Below are positions 38,401 to 45,800 of a stretch of DNA of 64,000 nt, piece by piece; the first letter of the stretch is position 1, and each line of letters starts with the position of its first letter. A model generated the notes under the pieces. The model was not told where the DNA came from, made no database searches, and worked only from the letters and a program-made list of their open reading frames with translations. The stretch is from Bdellovibrionia bacterium (GTDB lineage Bacteria > Bdellovibrionota > Bdellovibrionia > Bdellovibrionales > JAGQZY01), in the NCBI GenBank assembly GCA_030427805.1, contig JAUICP010000003.1:6756-70755 (forward strand), written 5' to 3'. Position numbers and translations under genes: made by a program.

Positions 38401-39343
38401 TTAGTAAGGCACATACAGATGGGTTGCCAAATTCATCAATAGCTTGCGCATAAATCGTCGTCGTCGAATTCGCAGAAACATTTATTTGCAGACCCGCATT
38501 TTCAAAATCAACGGGGTCTCCATCGACAAGGAGACTCGTACAACCAGAGTCGGTATATAGGCCGACATAGGTACTTCCGACCGTGGCACTTCCGCGTATG
38601 ATTGGATCGAGAGCAAAATTATTAGGAGACGTTTCACTCATCGCGATAAAGACCGGAGCTGCAGAGACTTGGTTGGAATGTCGGAATTCCGTCATAAGAG
38701 TACAATCTGAATAATTGCCAAAGGCATCCTTAGTTCTGGCGTGAATGGGAGTCGTGGCATTTTCGGCCAATTGAACTTGAATCCCTTGACCGGCAAAGGT
38801 CTGAGCCGTACCAGAGGCAAGCAGGTTGGTACAGGTATCGTCGTCGTAAAACTCGATATCACCAGACTCTGGAAAGGTTCTACCGAAAATTCCGGGGGCA
38901 CTGGTTTCTCTCGATGGCGACTCTGGCGAAATACTACTAAATCGCGGATTATCGGGTTTGAGTTCAGGGTATGAATACTCGCGCAAGAAAACACAATCTC
39001 GACTCTGCAAAGTGCTGACTGAGAGCAAAATAGACTCACTACTCACTGGAATCTCAATGGTAGTTCCATTTTCTTTAAAATCTCGAATTAAACTAGAGCC
39101 GAGAACACTTCCTGTACAGGTATTATCTGAAAAGAACTGGATCTCATCAATATCGACGATGGCAGCCGATTGAATCTGCCCGGTAATCAACAAAGAAACT
39201 GTCGTATCGTCATAGTCCGTCACACTGATTGCCGAAATCAATACGGGGCTCTGAACTGACTTTTCAGCCAACTCCCCTTCTCTACAAGAGACTTGCATGA
39301 GAAGTAGTGCAATAAGAAGTATAAATCCACTTCTAATTTTCAA
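32441..39343 (-). CDS. Giant lipoprotein adhesin: Cys-paired Ig-like repeats, fibronectin type III array, C-terminal unique domain
   Basis: Lipobox QVS-C; seven clear ~97-aa repeats (P.F...P.SP...D..C...GN.S.C); many Fn3 repeats (LSW...Y.VYRS...GGPY...Y.D...YYY.V). Confidence 0.85.
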   Translation of the reverse strand: MKIRSGFILLIALLLMQVSCREGELAEKSVQSPVLISAISVTDYDDTTVSLLITGQIQSAAIVDIDEIQFFSDNTCTGSVLGSSLIRDFKENGTTIEIPVSSESILLSVSTLQSRDCVFLREYSYPELKPDNPRFSSISPESPSRETSAPGIFGRTFPESGDIEFYDDDTCTNLLASGTAQTFAGQGIQVQLAENATTPIHARTKDAFGNYSDCTLMTEFRHSNQVSAAPVFIAMSETSPNNFALDPIIRGSATVGSTYVGLYTDSGCTSLLVDGDPVDFENAGLQINVSANSTTTIYAQAIDEFGNPSVCALLTNYVHDNIPPSDPVFVNANPPSPTRITTLPRISGNSSADTENVYFFDSNLCLNQIGTGTKSDFEGAGIAASIPANSVTSIFAKAFDGAGNGSACIAMLDYTHNTIAPNAPLFLETIPASPTNASTTPLIRGTGAPRTVHVNFFKDENCAMAIGDGPIADFEGAGVMITADANADTAVYVTVSDIEGNVSSCNFLASYSHSNTAAVAPGFFTTFPVSPTNASNNPFIVGTADNSLANVTLYDSNLCTNALGSGTRGQYISTGIGIMVPINSTIDIYAIGTDVYGNDSACTFITQFIHNTVVPNNPSFAATIPVSPNNSSTTPMIQGDVLNNPASQLPPSRVAFFDSFSCVSKLGEGTPTEYNTTGIQINVAQNAQTTLYAKAYDDAGNQSSCTFLTNYTHNNLVPGAPLYLSASPASPSYSPLTRISGSFSASSDFMNKVSVGIYDDSGCTNELSSGSPALFEGVGIEVQISDNAVSALYGDSVNEVGTKSACTFLTNFTHFDLSPSNPQIISNLDGSVTFNWFPDTTSNPLPRYSVERSGSPTGPFSVVASDLISNNFRDYSVSDGDTYFYRVFASNDTGRSQYSSTVNTTISSPAPVQAASLVAYPDSSSVNLSWSGFPQNMSYKVFRSTEYGGPFTDIGVDQTNSTYFDTGLVNGQNYYYYVVAKNPAGQSIQSNIASVTPRVTSGTPTNLVMTVNSSMEACAGARGIQLSWTAPEYYNNFRLMRGNTKSANNPLATVGSTSTNRCGYGNDDLEYFRVRSIWGINESSGSNTVGFYSTQAPNLNIYPGNGEILLSWSNPAVHADLNGYTLKFDLYKSDNHDGPFTLLAGGLTTNSYSDPTANGSGAFYYVQAFVIDVDTDKIFVGYPTAIRSGTAAADPVAPTNLSIRRIESDGRIELNWTAPDYYNGFNLYQATSPGGPYTLVSYVTNNFILAAPVLEDRNYFKITTVWGSFESADSNVVDIREAPITGFTATGAATQINLSWGNVALVQDYAIWRSTDINGPYTEIDTTGLTTYADTTAASGVGYYYKVQARFADLTRGQMSVGKSGMLTDTTIPSNVSLTVNSTSNMRADWPHVSGATLYKVEVATNVGGPYVLKGSTGVNTFNITGLLPQTEYFVRVIATVALTDYTSTPTSASTFSQPSAPSGIVGDGQIEINWTPLAGAVDYDLYRSTDGINFTPIATDYPSTNYVDMTVVNGSIYFYKFVVDYGVQSLESPSSTGHTPGRNPSTPTDLVAENNNTGTEIILSWASVPSATSYNIYRATSSGAYGAPVRSSSGSHGIVVIGNTTDTTYFFSVKALIGSTESPYSNEVIIVPQLEPTKPDAQYFDASTVQVDWVAIPGAVNYSVYRSLDGFVFDEIASGVGVNTYQDNTVDPNYTYYYKYQGFNASGAEMSMSVASDGVNLSTSPLVPVGFYASATTNSEVNLSWIQTPSIQGYEILRSTTQGGPYSLVASPGPTDTSYDDTSVVAGNRYFYVIRSLSYSGVPSAYSTEQAVDLNGGPTNLAASNSTGGIDLSWDTLAGAVTYNVRRSNVTGGPYGIIANVGTNSYTDSAIEANGNYFYVVEAIFADGSRSQYSNEDSIVRSGYIDLQVPIELTDVKMSSSSLGAISFERSQTSIDTDAYDGVTSYEFEVIATNSDGAARNVHLVNESDVVVGSLLIPSGVGTPTRYRTTFTPTAGYEIYRIQVEQTTNDGDLNVYGAKAYVNQTDATKTRLYFPLSSSDESPNNQDASIGVYSTSSESFEEVPNGGRFLKDTTKLSKIVDFNAWQFEALVATQGTSSGIVALQNSNSGQLVERTETRFYNNTIDLASVPFDEGVDQFTLANNGDLFEPVLRCEIDCSGGSVRLYKAGIWVRLENLSKAQIIHRLNSYRSSVSSSEDYTEERALIDLSQYSNPTTYFRAVVTDDASSDVTVSLLHHSDDSGAAGLSEVAGSPILFNNDSTAVQTSGALTLTSGDRFMTRVNPGAGFINFVSSMIVIEVQ

Positions 39344-39407
39344 TCCCGTACTCCATCCATTCGTTATAGCAGCTCATTCTTAAGCGACTGTTCTGCAAAT
39401 TCCCCAG

Positions 39408-42400
39408 TTAATTGCCTAAAAAGATCTTTAACTGGTCATTCGTTCCATCAACAACTGATAGGTCAACAGCCCCATCATTATTTAAATCTTCAATTTGCAC
39501 ATCCGAAGTATTCACTCCCGTGCTCACTTGGTAGGTCACCGAAAAATCACCGACCAGAGAACCCAGCAAAACCGTGGCAAACTGATTCAGGCCGTTTCCA
39601 ACGATTAAATCTTCTCGACCATCATTATTGAAATCTCCCTTTGAAATTCCAGTGGGCGTATCTCCAGCAAAGAAACTGACCGCCGGTGCAAAGGATCCAT
39701 CACCGTTCCCAAGAATGACGCTAATACTAGCAGCGTTACTATTACTGACAGCGATATCTACAGCTGTATCTGCATTCATGTGCCCCGCAATAATACTATT
39801 GGGTCCCGACTGAACTGTATAATTGGTTCCACTTTGAAAAGTACCATTACCATTTGAAAGGTAGATCCCTATGTTATTATCTGACTGCTGACTGATACCC
39901 ACATCCACAGAATTATCGCCGTTAAAGTCAGCGGCGATGATATCTGAAGGTTGTGCACCCGTCCCAGTGTCGGATCGGCCACCAAAGGTTCCATCCCCAA
40001 GCCCTGGATAAAAAGAAAATGTATTTGCCCCACCATTGGTGACAACCACGTCGATGAGTCCATCATTATTAAAATCATTGGTCGTCATGGCCGTTGGCTG
40101 AGAACCAGTCGCATAGACCACAGGTGTATTAAAACCCCCTCCGGCCAAGGCGATGAATACGCGCATGGCATTGGTTCCGAGCTCAATCACACAGATATCG
40201 AGCCATCCATCGCTATTAAGATCAACAGCCTGAGCATCGACCGGGTTACTCCCCGTAGCTAATGTTGTGTAAGGAATATAAAAGCCGAGATTATTGCCTA
40301 AAAACAGACTAACCGAACCGGCGGCGTTGTTCACAACACCTTTGTCATTAATTCCATCGTTATTAAAATCACCATAAAAGCTACTCGCCGCCCCGGTACC
40401 GGTATCGGTCACGAAACCGAGCTTACCACCGGTTTGACTCGGAATAACGTGAACTTTATTTTCACCATTCGAAACAGCAAATAGATCTGAATAGGCATCG
40501 CCATTAAAATCACCGGAGCTCACATTAATGGGGCCAATCAAAGTGCTCAGGGCTCCTTGGTCAGTAAATGTTCCGTTATTCAGACCATAGAGTGCAGATA
40601 CAGTTCCGTCTCCAATATTGGTCACAAATGCATCGGCCCAGGTATCACCATTGAGATCGGTAACATGAAGGGAGGTTGGACTATTACCCACGCTTGTAAA
40701 AATTCCCAGATTAAAAGTACCATCTTGATTATTTAAGTAAACGGCAAGGTTGTTATCGACATTACTCACAACAGCAACATCGACGTAGTTATCTGAATTG
40801 AAATCTCCGACGTCGAGTCCTGCCGGTGCAACTCCAGTACTATATTTAACTTGAGCGGCAAAGCCACCAACACCATCGTTGAGATAAATACTGAACGAAT
40901 CTTCACCGGCGTTGAGCGCTACAATATCATCACCGTTAACTCCATCAAAGTCACCCACGGCAACACGACTTGGAGAAACGCCTGCATTGAGAATAATCGG
41001 TGCATTAAAGGTACCGTCATTATTACCGGTTCTTACCGCGACAATACTCGTCCCTGCAGAAGGCATAACAAAATCAAGGATCATATCACCATTAAAGTCA
41101 CCAAGCTTTACGTCAACCGGAAGGTTTTCAAGACCATCTAAGGCCGTATTCACAGGAGAATCGAATGTTCCGTCACCATTACCCGCTATAAAGGAGTACT
41201 CAGACGACCCACTACAAGAAAGAAGAAGATCGAGAAAGGTGTCGTTATTAAAGTCAGCTCCCGCCATACCCGTCGGACCGTTACAAAGTCCAAGAATTTT
41301 AGTTTGGGCTTGAAACAACCCATTACCCTTGCCGCGAAGGACACTAATAGTGGAGTCACCAGTATTAAGTACCAAGGCATCTTGATAGGTATCGCCATTA
41401 ACATCGGCAACGACGACGTCATCGGGACTACTACTCACATTGAATTTTAAATCAAAATTCCCTGTATTGTTGTTATTAAAAAGAGTTTGAAATTTAGCAA
41501 TCGTATTACCACTGGCGGCCACATCCGGAAGATTTCCTGTTAATGGCTTAACTCCAACATTGGCGCGAGCGGATTGATAGAGGTTTTTAACATTCATGGT
41601 CGCTAAACCATTGGCATCGGTTTGCTGCAACATTGCATCGAGGAGCAACACATCACCCGCAGTCTTTTGAAAAAGAACCGAGTAATTGGGAACGGCATTG
41701 CCATAGCGATCGGCTACCTTAATAATGAGCGGATCGTCGAGCATATTGCCGACAGTTTGGTTTTGATCGTTACCACTATTCATCGGGAACTCAAAATGAT
41801 CGGGAACGTCCGGAAGAACTTGTACTGAAATTGTTTTTGAAATCCCCTGACTGTCTTCAACCTGAATTTCATCAGTCACTCCAGATGTGGTACCCGCCGT
41901 ATAGGTATTGGTACCAGCATCAAAGCTTCCACCTGAATTATTATTAGTGAACGTCACTGTGTAGTCGTTGGTCCCACCAGAAATTGCAAAACCCTGGTCA
42001 TTGGCAACAACCACTTGAGGGTTATTGGGAACGACCTGGAGATTTCTCTTTTGCCAAACAAAGCTGACCGAGGCTTCATTGCCGGCCTGGTCCCTTTGCG
42101 TGACCGTAATGTCATAATCGGCATCAGCAAATTTTGCCTGACTGATTGAAAACTCAGAGTTCGCACAAACGGTTTCTCCTGTGGCATCGCCACTGAGAAT
42201 TATAGTGGACCCCGTCTCACAGCTTCCTTGAACGTCAACTGCAGCCTCACCCGATAGGTAGGGATTAACGAGTGGATTACTGAGAGCCGGTTTAGAAACA
42301 CTTGTCTTTCTCGTCCACAGTAAGTTCACGGCATCCGACTCTCTACCATCGGTGACTTGAGTGACAAAGAGGTTATAAAGCCCATCGGCAGTCAGCGGTA

Positions 42401-42692
42401 CATCAAAGGCGTAGGTCGAATTTTCGCACGGAACTTTAGCTGACACACCAGTCCCCGAGAGTCTGACGCTATAACCCGTAATACAAAATCCTTCGATTTC
42501 GATATTCGTACTATTTGAAAAATAAGGTGAAGTGCTTGGCACCGAGATACTTGGACTCGCAAGATCGGGAGCCAATAAAGAAGGAGCATCCGGCCCTGGC
42601 TGGACATTGACTCCATCTTTACAAGATATCAGCGCAAAAACTGACAGCAAAAGAAGATATTTTAATGTTTTCGACCCACAAAAACTTTTCAC
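39408..42692 (-). CDS. Lipoprotein with Ig-like domains and FG-GAP/VCBS repeats
   Basis: Lipobox LIS-C; repeated GDFNxDGxxD..V.N...VSV..GNGDGTF motifs. Confidence 0.9.
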   Translation of the reverse strand: MKSFCGSKTLKYLLLLSVFALISCKDGVNVQPGPDAPSLLAPDLASPSISVPSTSPYFSNSTNIEIEGFCITGYSVRLSGTGVSAKVPCENSTYAFDVPLTADGLYNLFVTQVTDGRESDAVNLLWTRKTSVSKPALSNPLVNPYLSGEAAVDVQGSCETGSTIILSGDATGETVCANSEFSISQAKFADADYDITVTQRDQAGNEASVSFVWQKRNLQVVPNNPQVVVANDQGFAISGGTNDYTVTFTNNNSGGSFDAGTNTYTAGTTSGVTDEIQVEDSQGISKTISVQVLPDVPDHFEFPMNSGNDQNQTVGNMLDDPLIIKVADRYGNAVPNYSVLFQKTAGDVLLLDAMLQQTDANGLATMNVKNLYQSARANVGVKPLTGNLPDVAASGNTIAKFQTLFNNNNTGNFDLKFNVSSSPDDVVVADVNGDTYQDALVLNTGDSTISVLRGKGNGLFQAQTKILGLCNGPTGMAGADFNNDTFLDLLLSCSGSSEYSFIAGNGDGTFDSPVNTALDGLENLPVDVKLGDFNGDMILDFVMPSAGTSIVAVRTGNNDGTFNAPIILNAGVSPSRVAVGDFDGVNGDDIVALNAGEDSFSIYLNDGVGGFAAQVKYSTGVAPAGLDVGDFNSDNYVDVAVVSNVDNNLAVYLNNQDGTFNLGIFTSVGNSPTSLHVTDLNGDTWADAFVTNIGDGTVSALYGLNNGTFTDQGALSTLIGPINVSSGDFNGDAYSDLFAVSNGENKVHVIPSQTGGKLGFVTDTGTGAASSFYGDFNNDGINDKGVVNNAAGSVSLFLGNNLGFYIPYTTLATGSNPVDAQAVDLNSDGWLDICVIELGTNAMRVFIALAGGGFNTPVVYATGSQPTAMTTNDFNNDGLIDVVVTNGGANTFSFYPGLGDGTFGGRSDTGTGAQPSDIIAADFNGDNSVDVGISQQSDNNIGIYLSNGNGTFQSGTNYTVQSGPNSIIAGHMNADTAVDIAVSNSNAASISVILGNGDGSFAPAVSFFAGDTPTGISKGDFNNDGREDLIVGNGLNQFATVLLGSLVGDFSVTYQVSTGVNTSDVQIEDLNNDGAVDLSVVDGTNDQLKIFLGN

Positions 42693-42834
42693 AAACGTAC
42701 CTTAAATCCTAATTTTTCTAAATTTGAAGCAGAACTTTAGTCTCGCCTCTTTACTCTATTAACTGCGAAAAGCCCTTTACTAAAAAGAGCTCTCCGCGAT
42801 GATTATTCTTTATTGAGTTCAACTCCCAATTTCA

Positions 42835-45800
42835 TTAATCCTTTTTCGGAACCCTGATTAACCGGTTCGCTTCAAAATCGGTGACGTAAAGAAATTCATT
42901 ATCGCCATAAATGTGGCCCCTCAGCCCATTAAATTGTCCTAGGTAAAATCCAATCCCAACTCGTCCGCCAGTACACCAGCCCGGAGTAGACAGAGTCGCA
43001 CCAGCACAACCCGTTTCACCACCTGTAGGCGGATAGGTCGCTGAAACAGCCCCCTTCCAACCTTCTAGAGTACCCGAAGTTTTATTAATCTTACCGATTC
43101 CGAAGGTGTCACCGTCGCGACTGCACGGATAAATACTCATAAAATAGATATCCGTGCTATCTGCCCAAACACTGATAGGGTAATCGCAGTATTGCCCACC
43201 ACTTGCGATATCTGCAGGATCCGTCATCCAAACATTGGTATATTGATCAAGTCGAGAACGGGTCGCTCCAGCATAGGATCCGTCGAGATTAATTCGATCG
43301 ATTCGGGTGTTTCTTGTATGAGCCACATAGAGGTGCACTCCATCAGAAAAAATCCCAGCTTGACTATAGGACCAGAGCTCAAAGTTAAATCCACCACCAC
43401 GATCGTTTCTATAGTTAGCGCGCGAAGCGGTACCGCCCATACACCAACCACTTTGTGAAACGTTGTAGTTTCCGTTAGAACCCCAAGTACAACCCGAAGA
43501 TGGATTCGAGCCAATTCGGCCAATCCAGCCCTCGTAAGATCCGGTTACAGCATTGTATTTAGCAATTCGATGGTTTTCAGCATCAACAACATAAAGGCTT
43601 CCGCCCGTGTATGTAATACCATTAGGTCTTCTCATACCACCATTGGCCTGCCCGTATTCACTCATACCACCGAGACACCACCCCGGAGTAAAAGTATCTA
43701 CAGGAGCACCATTACAACCCGGGTCCCCACCCGTCGGAGATCGATTAATTCGACCGATCCAACCACCGTAGGCACCAGTTACTACATCAAATCTCTGAAT
43801 TCGATGAAGTCCATAATCGGTCACATAAACCCAAGTTCCATCGGTTGTTAGACCATGGGGCTGATACATAATTCCGTCGGTGAGATCATCAATCATATTG
43901 ATGTCATTCCAAGTCCAATTCGGATAGAAGTTTGCACCTGTACACCAACCAGGACTCGGTCCCATTCCGTTGGCCGAAGTACATCCGGCAACTCCACCCG
44001 TCGGCTTTGAAGTCACTCCACCGACCCAACCGACAAGTTCTCCGGTCTTTTTACTGATTTTTTTAATTCGCGAAGAGGTTCTTTCGGCAACGAAAATATA
44101 ATCTGCCGTTGTCGTCACACCAATTGGGTTATAGGACGAATCATCATCAAAACCGTGATATTCTGCAGCCAATGCTCGATCCGAACTCCACTCTTTTGGA
44201 CTGATACTCTCTAGACCTAACGAGCCCTCGTAAGCACCCGTCGTTGAATTAAACTTTCGAATCGATGGTATTTGTCGACTCACGACAAGTATAGAACCGG
44301 TCCCGTCATATACGACACCGTGGGCATTAATAAATGAATCTTCATCGAGACCCGGCTTGTGAGTACCACCAAGACACCAACCCGGAGTATTGTCATTAGG
44401 TGAAAGGCTGTTACAGCCCGATCCACCAGCATCACTCATACCCGCGTTGTTAGCAACTTTACCCATCCAACCTTCGATCAGGCCGGTCTGGCTAATTTTT
44501 AAAATTCGCTCATCATCGGCCACATAAAAGTTTGTCCCATCACTTGCCATTTGCTGAGGACTCGTCCATGTATAATTTAGGTTACTAAGAAGTCCAAGGT
44601 TTGCTCCCGAATCTTTGTCATATTGTATGACCACGCCTCCATATGCAGCCTCAACTAAATAGAGAGAACTACCTTCCACATGAAGTGAAAACCCATATCT
44701 AATACCACCAGCGACTCCACCATAATTTCTCGGATCCACGACGCGAGACTCTCCCCCCGTACACCATCCAGGGGTCAACTGACCTGCAGCCGTAATACTA
44801 CATCCAGCCGCTCCGCCTGTCGGAGTCGTTCTTATAAGACCAACCCAACCAATATAAGCGCCTGTCGCTTTATCAAATTTCTTAATGGCCCCATCTACAG
44901 CAACATAAACGTAGGAGTCATCTACAGCGATGCCCCGTGGATTATAGAGACGACCATCACCACTCGTACTCGTCGATGGCTGTCTCGCACTACCACCAAT
45001 ACACCACCCGGGCATCTCCGTATCATTAGCAGCCGTCGTACAAGTTCCTGGCCCACCAGTCCCAGGTCCAGTTGGAGGTGTCGAGCTCGGCGTCCCGATG
45101 AAGCCATCAAAGGCTCCCGTATCAGCATTGTAGCGACCGACCGTGTCCCCTGAAATATTGGTCACAAAAACATAGTTCTCATCAACAGCAATTTCTTGCG
45201 GGTCATAGAGTCCACCTAGATGTGGGTTACCCCCTACGGTGCGCCCCCCTTTACACCACCCGGGAAGTACCTGATAATTATTAGTCGAAATACAAAGGGC
45301 ACTACTTGGGTTGGCGAGGTTACTTCCGGTTGAACCAATCCCGTTTTCTTTTCGAAGGCGCCCCATCCACCCTATATATTCATTGAGTTCATAGTCGTAT
45401 TTAAGGATTTTATCGCCGTCCAAGTCCAATACATATAAGTATTTCTTATCGGGACTCATAGCAATTCGTCCCCCTGTGTAGATACCGTCATAACGAGCTG
45501 CCACTGGCTTAATTCCCGTTCTAAATGGTAGTAACTGGCCAAACTCATCGTTCTGGGTAGAAGCCGTTCCAAGAAATCCCCAGTCACTAGTCACAGACCA
45601 GGCCTGCGTATCGCTGGCAAGATTCCCATCATTATCTATAACTGTTAAATTTAGACTGGATTCAGGATACTGACCTTTAAAATAAAAGGTCTTTGCACTC
45701 TGGCCAGGGTTAAACAAGAAGCTTGTAATCTGATTCGAACATTCATTATCAGAGTAATACTTACCCGCATCCCCAGCTCCAGATAAAAGAGCCGTAATTG

